64,000 nt of DNA from an uncultured Chloroflexia bacterium. Lineage in GTDB: Bacteria; Chloroflexota; Limnocylindria; Limnocylindrales; CSP1-4. This document shows positions 9,062 to 18,426 of the stretch, piece after piece (the first letter of the stretch is position 1; each line of letters begins with the position of its first letter). Where the stretch lies: the NCBI GenBank assembly GCA_963707215.1, contig CAVPPB010000001.1:848780-912779 (forward strand), written 5' to 3'. A program made the position numbers and the translations under genes. The notes beneath the pieces are model-generated. The model had not been told where the DNA came from. It searched no databases and worked only from the letters and a program-made list of their open reading frames with translations.

Positions 9062-10534
9062 ATGCGGATCGGGTCGGACACGCAGCGCCGCCTCCGCCAT
9101 CTCCGCCTGGCCGTTCCCGCCGGCCCGATCATCCTGCTCGTCCTCGTCCTGGGCGGCGGTCCGGCGGCGGCCCAGGATCCGGAGCCCACGCCGACCCTCA
9201 TCCCGGGCCCGCCGGCACCGACGCCGATCGCCCACCCGGGTGACTCCGGCGATGACCAGTGCTACGCCTGCCACGTGGAGCTCGACGACCGGCAGCAGGC
9301 GATCTCCGAGGCGTGGGAGGCGAGCATCCACGGCGCCGGCGGCATCGGCTGTGCCGACTGCCACGGCGGCGATCCGAGGTCGGACAAGATCACCGTTGCC
9401 ATGTCCGAGGAGGCCGGCTTCATCGGCATCCCGTCACGCGACGTGACGGTGGGGGTCTGCGGCAGCTGCCACAGCGACCCGGAGCGGATGGGCCAGTACG
9501 GCCTCCCCACGGACCAGTACTCGAAGTACTGGACCAGCGTCCACGGCCAGCGCCTCCTCGAGGCGGACGACACCCGGGTCGCCATCTGCATCGACTGCCA
9601 CGGGTCCCACGCGGTCAAGAAGGCTTCCGACCCGACGGCCGACGTCTACCCGCTCAACGTCCCCCAGATGTGCTCGCGGTGCCACTCGGATCCGTCGCTC
9701 ATGGAGCCGTACGGCATCCCGACGGACCAGTACGACGTCTACGAGCAGAGCATCCACGGCCAGGCGCTCATCGGGAACCAGGACGTCCGGGCGCCCTCGT
9801 GCACGTCGTGCCATGGCTCGCACTCCGCCCAGCCGCCGCGCAGCTCCGAGGTCGTCGACGTCTGCGGGAAGTGCCACACCGCGACCCAGGACCTCTACCT
9901 CGAGAGCCGGCATGCCGAGCTGGAGACGGTCGCGCCCAAGTGCTGGACCTGCCACGGGACGCACGACGTGGCCAAGTCGAGCGAGGCGCTATTCCTCCAC
10001 CCCGCGGGCGAGATGCCCGACTACGACTGCACGACCTGCCACGAGCCACCCGACATGACCCTGAAGCTGAGCATCGAGCAGTTCGCGAACGAGGCCGATC
10101 GCCGCTGCGACACCTGCCACCACCCCGAATCGGTGATCTACCCGCAGGTCGTCGCCATCCATGACGCCCTGGGCGGCGCCAGCGGAGCCCAGGCCTCGGC
10201 CGAGGAGAAGATCGCCAAGGCCCGCGGCCTGGGCATGCTCGTCGGCGACGCCGAGGTGACCCTCACCGAGGCGAAGACCGCCTATATCCAGGGCCAGGCC
10301 GCGGTCCACACGACCAAGCTGACGACCGTCACCGCCCACACCGACGAGGCGGTCGCCAAGGCGGCCCGGGCCGAGGAGCTGGCCCAGGCGAAGCTCGACG
10401 AGAGCGACTTCCGCCGGCTGGCGATGATCGTCGTCATCGCCCTCATCCTGGTCAACGTCGTCATCCTCTACGTCGTCCTGCGCCGGATCGAGCACAGCCC
10501 GAACGAGGGCCCACCGCCCGAGCCGTCGCCATAG
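9062..10534 (+). CDS. Decaheme cytochrome c with C-terminal membrane anchor
   Basis: Signal peptide; 10 CxxCH (CYACH, CADCH, CGSCH, CIDCH, CSRCH, CTSCH, CGKCH, CWTCH, CTTCH, CDTCH); helical region then TM helix. Confidence 0.92.
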   Translation: MRIGSDTQRRLRHLRLAVPAGPIILLVLVLGGGPAAAQDPEPTPTLIPGPPAPTPIAHPGDSGDDQCYACHVELDDRQQAISEAWEASIHGAGGIGCADCHGGDPRSDKITVAMSEEAGFIGIPSRDVTVGVCGSCHSDPERMGQYGLPTDQYSKYWTSVHGQRLLEADDTRVAICIDCHGSHAVKKASDPTADVYPLNVPQMCSRCHSDPSLMEPYGIPTDQYDVYEQSIHGQALIGNQDVRAPSCTSCHGSHSAQPPRSSEVVDVCGKCHTATQDLYLESRHAELETVAPKCWTCHGTHDVAKSSEALFLHPAGEMPDYDCTTCHEPPDMTLKLSIEQFANEADRRCDTCHHPESVIYPQVVAIHDALGGASGAQASAEEKIAKARGLGMLVGDAEVTLTEAKTAYIQGQAAVHTTKLTTVTAHTDEAVAKAARAEELAQAKLDESDFRRLAMIVVIALILVNVVILYVVLRRIEHSPNEGPPPEPSP

Positions 10535-10732
10535 GCCCGGGGTCGGCCGCGGAGCGACCCTCGGGTCGCCACCGGGTCGGCCGGTCCGGACCGCAACGCA
10601 GGCGTCCCCGAAGGCGAGCGACGGTCCCGTCGCGGACCGGCGGATCGGCCTGTGCGTCGGGGCCGCACGGTCCCGCGGGGGGCGGGCCGGACGGCACTGT
10701 CCGACATATTCGCGGATACGCATGGTCGGGGC

Positions 10733-12538
10733 ATGCACCTGCCCCGCTGGGCCCGCGACCTGGAGCTCCTGAAGTGGATCGGCGTCATCCTGCCGATCGT
10801 CTTCATCTGGGTCTTCGAGCTCGTCCGCTTCTTCGTCGTCGAGGAGAGCGTCGGCGGCACCGAGACCCACGTCGTCTCGGCGCTCGTCATGGCCGGTGCC
10901 GTGGTCCTGTTCGGCATCGGGATGGCCGCCCTCATCGACCGGACCGAGCGCGAGCTCGTCCGCCAGAACCGCGACTTGACGGCCACCCGCGCGGTCAGCG
11001 AGGCCGTCCGGGGGAACCGCCCGCTGCCGGAGGCCCTCGCCGAGGCCCTGGAGGGGCTGGCCCGCGAGACCGGCGCCGTCGCCGGCGTCATCCGGGTGCC
11101 CGGGGACGACGGTCGCGAGCTCGTGACGCGGCAGCCCCGGACCGTTCCGGCGGGCCTGGACTGGGCCGGGGCGCTCCTCGACGAGCCGGCGTCGACCCGT
11201 GCCGACGGCCCGCGCTACAGCGAGCGACGCGAGTTGGACACGACCCTTCTCGACCTCCCGCTCGCCTCCCGGGGGCAGCGCCTGGGATCGCTGCGCCTTG
11301 TCTTCCATCCCGCCCAACGACCCGATCTCTCCGAGGAGGCGCTGTCCGACATCGCCGACGAGCTCGCCACCGCCATCCGGCTCCACCACCTGGTCGAGGA
11401 CCTCCGGCGGCGCGAGCGGGAGCGGGCCGCCCTCTACGAGGTCGCCCTCCAACTCACCGAGCGGAGCGAGACGCGCCCGGCGCTCGACTCGATCGCGGAG
11501 CATGCTCGTGGACTGCTGGTGGCGGATCGCGCGGTCGTCTGCCTGGCCGAGCCCGACGCGGCGACCCGGTCCCGGCACGCGGCCGAGCGCCTGGCGCTCG
11601 CCGACGACGGTTCCGTCTGCCTGCTGGCCCAGGCTGGCGACGAGCCCGGCCACCGCAACCCCCTGTGCCCCGTTCAGATGGAGCGCGCTGGGAGCCAGTG
11701 GATGGCCCGACCGCTCCGCAGCGCCGACGGTCACCTCGGGGAGCTCTGCGTGGTGCGGGAGCAGGGTCCGGCCTTCTCCGACGCCGATCGGTCGCTGCTG
11801 GCCGCCCTGGCCGACATGGCCGCCATCGCCGTCACCACGGCCCGCCTCAAGGAGGCCGAGCAGCAGTGGACGATCGTCGCCGAGCGCGACCGTATCGCCC
11901 GCGAGCTGCACGACAGCCTGGCCCAGGTCCTGGGCCACATCCACCTGCGGCTGCGCGACATCGAGACCCGGCTCGACGGCGCCGCCCCGATCATCGGGGC
12001 CGAGCTGGCCGACCTGGCCGGCGTCGCCGACGAGGCCTACCGGGACGTCCGCGAGGCGATCCTGGGGTTGCGCGAGACGATCTCGTCCGAGGGCGGATTG
12101 GAGGGAGCGCTCCGCGAGTACATCGCCAAGTACGCCCGCCAGACGGGCATCAAGGCGAGCCTGGTGTGCGACGAGACCGCCCGGGCGGCGCTGCCGCCGC
12201 GGGCCGAGGTCCAGCTGCTCCGCGTCGTCCAGGAGGCCCTGACGAACGTCCGCAAGCACGCCGGCGCGACCCGGGTCGTCGTCCGGATGCGCTGCCCCGG
12301 CGGGATGCCGATCGTCGAGGTCGAGGACGACGGTGCCGGGTTCGACCCTTCGCGGCTGGAGAAGTCCTTCAGCGGCGGGTTCGGCCTGACCTCGATGCGC
12401 GAGCGCGTCGAGCAGGTCGGCGGTACCCTCGAGCTGCATACTGCCCCCGGTGAGGGGACCCGGATCGTGGTCCGCCTCCAGCCAGAGGACCCTCGTGTCG
12501 CACCAGCCACCACGTCTCCGGATCCTGCTGGTCGATGA
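10733..12538 (+). CDS. Membrane GAF-domain sensor histidine kinase (NarX-like, HisKA_3)
   Basis: Two N-terminal TMs; GAF-like regions; ERDRIARELHDSLAQ H-box; QEALTNVRKHA; DDGAGFD; GFGLTSMRER. Confidence 0.92.
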   Translation: MHLPRWARDLELLKWIGVILPIVFIWVFELVRFFVVEESVGGTETHVVSALVMAGAVVLFGIGMAALIDRTERELVRQNRDLTATRAVSEAVRGNRPLPEALAEALEGLARETGAVAGVIRVPGDDGRELVTRQPRTVPAGLDWAGALLDEPASTRADGPRYSERRELDTTLLDLPLASRGQRLGSLRLVFHPAQRPDLSEEALSDIADELATAIRLHHLVEDLRRRERERAALYEVALQLTERSETRPALDSIAEHARGLLVADRAVVCLAEPDAATRSRHAAERLALADDGSVCLLAQAGDEPGHRNPLCPVQMERAGSQWMARPLRSADGHLGELCVVREQGPAFSDADRSLLAALADMAAIAVTTARLKEAEQQWTIVAERDRIARELHDSLAQVLGHIHLRLRDIETRLDGAAPIIGAELADLAGVADEAYRDVREAILGLRETISSEGGLEGALREYIAKYARQTGIKASLVCDETARAALPPRAEVQLLRVVQEALTNVRKHAGATRVVVRMRCPGGMPIVEVEDDGAGFDPSRLEKSFSGGFGLTSMRERVEQVGGTLELHTAPGEGTRIVVRLQPEDPRVAPATTSPDPAGR

Positions 12539-13202
12539 CCAGCCCCTCTTCCGCAAGGCCCTCGCGAGCCTGATCTCCGGCCAGTTCGACCTCAACGTCG
12601 TCGGCGAGGCCAGCGACGGGCGTGAGGCGCTGGAGCAGGTCCGCAACCTCCGACCCGACCTGGTAGTCATGGACGTCCAGATGCCCGGCGTAGACGGGAT
12701 CGGCGGGGTCAAGGCCATCCGGACGGCCGGGATCGACGTCCCCATCGTCATGCTCACCATCTCCGACGAGGACGACGACCTCTTCGAGGCCGTCCAGGCC
12801 GGCGCCAACGGCTACCTGCTCAAGAACATGCGGCCGGAGCAGATCTTCGAAGGCATCCGCGGCGCGGCCAAGGGCGAGGCCCCGGTCGCCGGCGCTGTCG
12901 CCGGCAAGCTCCTCGAGGCACTCCGCCACGGCGGGGTGGCGCCCAGCCGGGTCGCCACCGACGCCACGCCCGAGGAGATGTCGCTGACCCGTCGCGAGGC
13001 GGAGATCCTCCAGCTGATCGCGGCCGGCCTGTCCAACAAGGAGATCGCCGCTCGCCTGACGATCACCGAGGGCACGGTCAAGAACCACGTCCACCACGCC
13101 CTCGAGAAGCTCCACCTGACCAACCGGGTCCAGGCCGCGGCCTACGCGGTCCGCCACGGCTACGGTCGCGGGGACGGCACGGGATCCGAGCCGGCTGGCT
13201 GA
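12495..13202 (+). CDS. NarL/LuxR-family response regulator
   Basis: ILLVDDQPLFR, PDLVVMDVQMP, GYLLK; HTH LTRREAEILQLIAAGLSNKEIA...TVKNHV. Confidence 0.95.
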   Translation: MSHQPPRLRILLVDDQPLFRKALASLISGQFDLNVVGEASDGREALEQVRNLRPDLVVMDVQMPGVDGIGGVKAIRTAGIDVPIVMLTISDEDDDLFEAVQAGANGYLLKNMRPEQIFEGIRGAAKGEAPVAGAVAGKLLEALRHGGVAPSRVATDATPEEMSLTRREAEILQLIAAGLSNKEIAARLTITEGTVKNHVHHALEKLHLTNRVQAAAYAVRHGYGRGDGTGSEPAG

Positions 13203-13406
13203 CTCCTGGCGCTGCGTCAGCGAGCCGATGTGCGCCACGGGGTACATGCCGGTTCGCTTCACCCCGATGGTCACGGGATCGCCGTAGGCCGGACGATAGA
13301 GACGTGACCCAGGATTGTGCCGTCGGGCGGATGGTCGGCCTCGTGGACGGGCCCCTAGCATCCCGAGGGTGGGGCCCAAGGCGGGCCCGTGCACGGGGGC
13401 GCCGAA

Positions 13407-13853
13407 TTGGCGGCCGATCCGATCTCGGTCCTGCTGCTCTACGTCAACCCGCTTCTCGGCGAGGGGCTCGAGCGCCTGCTGACCGCCGAGCCGCGACTGT
13501 CGGTGACGGCACTCCACCTGGCCTGCTCCGCTCCTCTCGCGCCGATCGCCGATCAGGATGCCGACGTGGTCATCTTCGAGGAGGGTGGTCCGCTGGGCCT
13601 CGAGCAGCTCCTCGAGCGGACCCGTGCTCCGATCGTCATCGCGGTCAGCCTCCACACGGGCGACGTCTGGACGCTTCGGCGCGACGACCTGCGCAAGCGT
13701 TCCGGTGATGTCGTCGACGAGATCGTGGCGACCTGCCTGGGCCGCGCCGACGCCGCGGCCCGCGCCGTTCGGGGCGGGCGCCGACGACCGGTCGCGATCG
13801 AGGTGGCCGATGACCAGCGGACGCCGACCCCCCGAGCGTATCGCCCCGCCTGA
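13407..13853 (+). CDS. Hypothetical protein, degenerate receiver-like domain
   Basis: VLLLYVNPLLGEGLERLL...DVVIFE resembles a REC N-terminus; no HTH; start uncertain (13389 or 13407). Confidence 0.5.
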   Translation: MAADPISVLLLYVNPLLGEGLERLLTAEPRLSVTALHLACSAPLAPIADQDADVVIFEEGGPLGLEQLLERTRAPIVIAVSLHTGDVWTLRRDDLRKRSGDVVDEIVATCLGRADAAARAVRGGRRRPVAIEVADDQRTPTPRAYRPA

Positions 13854-13877
13854 GCCGCCTCGGTATCCTTAGGTCCG

Positions 13878-14360
13878 ATGAGCCTTCCTTCCGGCCACCG
13901 CATGCCCCGCCGCCGCGCGCTCCTCGTCATCGGATCGAGCGTCGCCGCCATCGGCGCCACTCCCCTCGCCCTGGCCGGCTGCGAGCCGCCGGTGCCGGTG
14001 GACACGACGTTCGAGCTCGACCCGGCAAGCCTGCCCGTGGGCGAACCGACGCTCATCGGCTTCGAGTTCGAGAAGCCCGACGGGTCGATCGGCCAGGGCT
14101 CGGCCTGGTTCCTGCGCAGCGACGACGACGCGCTCGTTGCCTACGACCCGCGCTGCACCCACCAGGCTTGCGAGTACGCCTGGGAGCCGGCCCAGGCGCA
14201 GTTCACCTGCGTCTGCCACGAGGCCGCCTTCTCCCTGGACGGCGAGGTCTTGTTCGGCCCGCCGCCACGGCCGCTGGCTCGGTTCCCGATGGTCGTCAGC
14301 GGGACGTCGGTGACCCTCACGGTCCCCTCGAACCTGCAGGCGCCCAAGACCGAAGGCTGA
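13878..14360 (+). CDS. Second Rieske 2Fe-2S protein (Tat lipoprotein-like)
   Basis: RRRALL, LAGC lipobox, CTHQAC / CVCHEAAF, GPPPRPL. Confidence 0.88.
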   Translation: MSLPSGHRMPRRRALLVIGSSVAAIGATPLALAGCEPPVPVDTTFELDPASLPVGEPTLIGFEFEKPDGSIGQGSAWFLRSDDDALVAYDPRCTHQACEYAWEPAQAQFTCVCHEAAFSLDGEVLFGPPPRPLARFPMVVSGTSVTLTVPSNLQAPKTEG

Positions 14361-14590
14361 GCGAGCGGTTGCTGGGAACCCGGTCGCTCGGCGGCTGCCC
14401 ACCGCGGGGTGCGACCGCCCAGGACCCTTGGCCCTGATCGGCTGATATACCCCCGGTGCGTGGACGCACCGCCGCCTGTGCCGAACATGTATCGCCCGGC
14501 GGATGGGTCCACGGGACGCTCCGCGCGACGATATCCACGGTCGACCGTCCCCGACGTGGCCGACCGTGTCCGCTAGTGGGGTGAAAACGA

Positions 14591-15586
14591 ATGTTCCGGG
14601 TCACGTCCCTGACCGCGATGTCGGACCGGCAGCTCGACCGCTGGATCAAGCGGATCGCGGCGCTGGCGCTGATCGCGCTCGTGGCGTTCGTGGCGTTCTA
14701 CGTCTTCGACCGCTACCGCGATCCCGGCCCGACGATGGTCGACCGCAACATCATCGCCCTCGAGGAAGTCGTCCGGGCCGACCCGGCCGACATCACCTCG
14801 CGGGGCCAGCTCGCCGACCTCTACACGGCCGCCGGCCGCTACGAGGATGCGATCGCCCAGTACGGGGCGATCCTCGAGACCGGCAAGGAGACCGAGCTGG
14901 CCCACTTCGGGCGGGCCAAGGCCTACCAGGCCAGCGGGCAGCTCGATGCCGCGGCCGCGGACTTCGAGGTGGTCGTGGGCATCGCCAAGGAAGGCGAGAT
15001 GGCCCACGTCGACCCGATCCTGAATGCCGCCTACTTCGGTCTCGGAGCGATCGCCCTCGAGCAGGGCCGCCCGGACGACGCGGTCACCCACCTCACGGCG
15101 GCGGTCAACATCAAGCGGGCTGACGCCGACTCGTGGAACCTCCTCGGGGCGGCCCTGGTCGACGTCGGCGAGCCCGCCAAGGCCATCGAGGCCCTCCAGA
15201 AGGCCGTCGCCTTCGTGCCGCTCGGGTGGGTCGAGCCATACGTGACGATGGCCGAGGCCTACACCGCGCTCGGCCAGCCGGCCCGGGCGGAGTGGGCCAA
15301 CGCGATGGCCGATCTCTCCGCCGGCAAGCCCGACGAGGCGAGGACCCGGCTCCTCGCCATCACCGAGGGCGAGACGGCCCTCGACGCCGCCATCGGCCTG
15401 GCGCTCATCGCCGAGACCGAGGGCGATGGGCCAGCGGCGGTGGAGTGGTACACGAAGGCGCTGGCGATCGATCCCGAGAACGCGGCCGCCCGGCTCGGTC
15501 TCGGCAGGGTCAGCGACCCAGCCGCCAGCGCGGCTCCACTGCCCGAGCTGCCCGAGCCCGGTGCCGTGGAAGGCGGCCAGGGCTGA
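14591..15586 (+). CDS. Membrane-anchored tetratricopeptide repeat protein
   Basis: N-terminal TM helix followed by Ala-rich TPR units (AYFGLGAIAL..., SWNLLGAAL..., ALAIDPENAAA). Confidence 0.85.
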   Translation: MFRVTSLTAMSDRQLDRWIKRIAALALIALVAFVAFYVFDRYRDPGPTMVDRNIIALEEVVRADPADITSRGQLADLYTAAGRYEDAIAQYGAILETGKETELAHFGRAKAYQASGQLDAAAADFEVVVGIAKEGEMAHVDPILNAAYFGLGAIALEQGRPDDAVTHLTAAVNIKRADADSWNLLGAALVDVGEPAKAIEALQKAVAFVPLGWVEPYVTMAEAYTALGQPARAEWANAMADLSAGKPDEARTRLLAITEGETALDAAIGLALIAETEGDGPAAVEWYTKALAIDPENAAARLGLGRVSDPAASAAPLPELPEPGAVEGGQG

Positions 15587-16653
15587 TGACGACCCCGCAG
15601 ATGACGGCCGACACCGTCCCGCCGGCGGCTGACACCGCCCCCGACGCCCCCACCCCGACCGAGCTCTCCCCGGAAGAGGAGCAGAAGCGGCGACGGCGCA
15701 AGGCCATCATCTTCTTCCTGCTCCTCGGCTTCCTGGGGATCCTCCTGCTCCTGCTGCTCTGGTACCTGCTGTTCCGGCAGCCGCTGCCGATCGTCCCGCC
15801 GATCCCGGAGGCTCAGCTGCCCGGCTATGCGACCAGCGTCTACGGGGCCTCCAGCCCCGCCGGTGTCGCGGTGACGCCGGCCGGCGACCGCATCTACGTC
15901 ACCGAGACCGGCGGCGACTACGGGATCAAGATCTTCGACGGCGGCGGCGTCCAGGTCGGGGCCATGGAGTTCCCGGCCGACACGGGTACCGGGCACGTCC
16001 CGGTGTACATCGCGATCGACCCGCTCTCCAGCGAGGTGTACGTCTCCGATCGGCCGACCGGCTCGATCCACATCTTCGACCGCGACGGGAAGTACCAGCG
16101 CCAGTTCAACCCCGGCGAGGAGATCCCCGGCTGGCAGCCGCTCGGCCTGGCGTTCGACCCGAACGGCAACCTCTATGTCACCGACCTGGGTGGCGCGACC
16201 CAGAAGGTCCTGGTCTTCGATCGCACCGGCACGGTCGTCCGGACCATCGGAGCCGACGCGGGCCTGGACTTCCCCAACGGGGTGGCCGTTGATGACGCAG
16301 GCCTGGTCTACGTCACCGACAGCAACAACGGCCGGCTGCTCATCTTCGGCCCCGATGGCTCGATCTCGGGCCAGATCGGCCGCGGCGCCGGCGCCGGCAA
16401 TCTCGGGCTTCCCCGCGGCCTGGCCATCGATGGCCAGGGTCGCGTCTTCGTCGTCGACACCAGCGGGAACGGCGTCTTGCTGTACCGGACGCTGGGCGAG
16501 GACGAGCGGCGACCCGAATACGTGGGGTTCTTCGGCGGTCACGGGCTCTCCGACGGCCAGTTCGCGTTCCCGATGGGCGCGGCCGTCGACGACCGGGGCC
16601 GCGTCTATGTGGCCGACACGGCCAACGGCCGTGTCCAAGTCTGGAGCTACTAG
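15586..16653 (+). CDS. Membrane-anchored NHL-repeat beta-propeller protein
   Basis: TGATG overlap with the TPR gene; TM helix; repeats PAGVAV..IYVTE, PLGLAFD..LYVTD, FPNGVAVD..VYVTDSNNGR, FPMGAAVD..VYVADTANGRVQV. Confidence 0.9.
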   Translation: MTTPQMTADTVPPAADTAPDAPTPTELSPEEEQKRRRRKAIIFFLLLGFLGILLLLLLWYLLFRQPLPIVPPIPEAQLPGYATSVYGASSPAGVAVTPAGDRIYVTETGGDYGIKIFDGGGVQVGAMEFPADTGTGHVPVYIAIDPLSSEVYVSDRPTGSIHIFDRDGKYQRQFNPGEEIPGWQPLGLAFDPNGNLYVTDLGGATQKVLVFDRTGTVVRTIGADAGLDFPNGVAVDDAGLVYVTDSNNGRLLIFGPDGSISGQIGRGAGAGNLGLPRGLAIDGQGRVFVVDTSGNGVLLYRTLGEDERRPEYVGFFGGHGLSDGQFAFPMGAAVDDRGRVYVADTANGRVQVWSY

Positions 16654-16733
16654 CTCATGTGTAGAGAGGGAGGTGCGACCCGTCCAACGTCGATCCGCCG
16701 GCTGGGCCGGCTACCCACACAGCACACGACAGA

Positions 16734-17101
16734 GAGAAAGGAGGTAAGGACAGTGAAACGCCTGGCGCTCCTGATGACAGGCGGCGCCATCTGGCTGTTC
16801 CTTGCCGCACTCCCTGCCCTCGCTGACGGCGGACCCCACGTCTCGACGATCAACAACGGGTCGCTGGGGATCAACGCCGACAGCTGTGCCGGGTGCCACC
16901 GTGCGCACACGGCACAGGGTCCATTCCTCATCAATGCCGCCGACGAGGAGGCCCTCTGCCTGACGTGCCACGGCGCGGCCGGCACGGGCTCGACCGTCGA
17001 CGTCATGACCGGCGTCCAGTACACCCTGGGCGGAGACGGCCTCCGCGGTGGTGCCATCCTTGGTGCTGCCCGCAACGGCGGCTTCGACCAGGCCCGGATC
17101 G
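16734..17101 (+). repeat. 368-bp direct repeat, copy 1 (RBS and 5' third of hexaheme gene 1)
   Basis: Matches 18059-18426 except two synonymous changes (CCT GCC vs CCC GCT), by eye. Confidence 0.93.
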
Positions 17102-18010
17102 ACAGCTCGAACGCGACCCGCTCGTCGTACCTGCGGAATGCGACCGCCGTGTCGCAGCACCCGAAGGTCAGCGTGCTGGGCGCGGGCGAGGACGTCACCT
17201 CCGCGCACCTCGAGCCTGCCCGACAACGGCCTGACGATGCCGGGCATCGCCTGGGGCAACGGTGACTTCACGGCTGCGGTGGATCCGGGGCCGGCCTTCG
17301 AACTGAGCTGCGCGTCCTGCCACAACCCGCATGGGAACGGGCAGTACCGCATCCTCAACCCGATCCCGAATGGGTCGGGCGCCACCACCGGCGTCGAAGT
17401 CGCCGACGCGGCCCTGCCGCCGGCTGGTGACACGCGCAACTACACGGTCATCCAGGAACTCGATCGCCGACGGCGGCTACGCTCTCTCGCGAGCGACGTC
17501 GTGGCCGGTGGCTTCGCCGCCACCGACGGCGACTACTTCCGTCGGAACGTGCCGTGGGCACCCGAGATCGTCGACCCGGTCAACTGCGACCCGACGATCT
17601 TCCCGCGGCCGGATTGCCCGGTCGATACGAACAATGATGCACCGAACGGTGACCCCGACTTCAACGTCGCGATCACCGCCTGGTGCAGCCAGTGCCATAC
17701 CCGGTACCTGGCCGATGGCAACACCCCGGTCGCAGGCAACCCCTACGAGACGGACTCCGGTGACGCCATCTTCACGTACCGCCACCCGACGCGCTCGAAC
17801 CGGACGTGCAACGTCTGCCACGTCTCGCACGGCTCGAACGCCACGATGGATGGCACGTTCAGCGTCAACGCGACCTACCCGGATGGGACGGTCTCAGCCA
17901 GCAGCCGGCTCCTGAAGGTCGACAACCGTGGCACCTGCCAGGCTTGTCACGATCCGACAGGGACCATCACGGCTGGCACGATCATCGGACCACCCGCGGG
18001 AGTGCCGTAG
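16753..18010 (+). CDS. Secreted hexaheme cytochrome c, OmcS-like, copy 1 (frameshift ~17215, compensating pair ~17455-17485)
   Basis: AGGAGG RBS, GTG start, Sec signal ending ALA; CAGCHRAH, CLTCH, CASCHNPHG..YRIL, WCSQCH, YRHP, CNVCHVSH, CQACH across ORFs 16657-17265 and 17048-18010. Confidence 0.85.
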
Positions 18011-18018
18011 AAGCTCAG

Positions 18019-18050
18019 TCACCGGAGGCCCCCTCGGGGGCTTCCGGTGA
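18019..18050 (+). terminator. Strong stem-loop between the two hexaheme genes (terminator or mRNA stabiliser)
   Basis: TCACCGGAGGCCCC-CTC-GGGGGCTTCCGGTGA inverted repeat 8 nt after the stop; no clear U-tract. Confidence 0.6.
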
Positions 18051-18058
18051 TCTCAGGC

Positions 18059-18426
18059 GAGAAAGGAGGTAAGGACAGTGAAACGCCTGGCGCTCCTGAT
18101 GACAGGCGGCGCCATCTGGCTGTTCCTTGCCGCACTCCCCGCTCTCGCTGACGGCGGACCCCACGTCTCGACGATCAACAACGGGTCGCTGGGGATCAAC
18201 GCCGACAGCTGTGCCGGGTGCCACCGTGCGCACACGGCACAGGGTCCATTCCTCATCAATGCCGCCGACGAGGAGGCCCTCTGCCTGACGTGCCACGGCG
18301 CGGCCGGCACGGGCTCGACCGTCGACGTCATGACCGGCGTCCAGTACACCCTGGGCGGAGACGGCCTCCGCGGTGGTGCCATCCTTGGTGCTGCCCGCAA
18401 CGGCGGCTTCGACCAGGCCCGGATCG
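18059..18426 (+). repeat. 368-bp direct repeat, copy 2 (RBS and 5' third of hexaheme gene 2)
   Basis: Near-identical to 16734-17101 (offset 1325). Confidence 0.93.
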
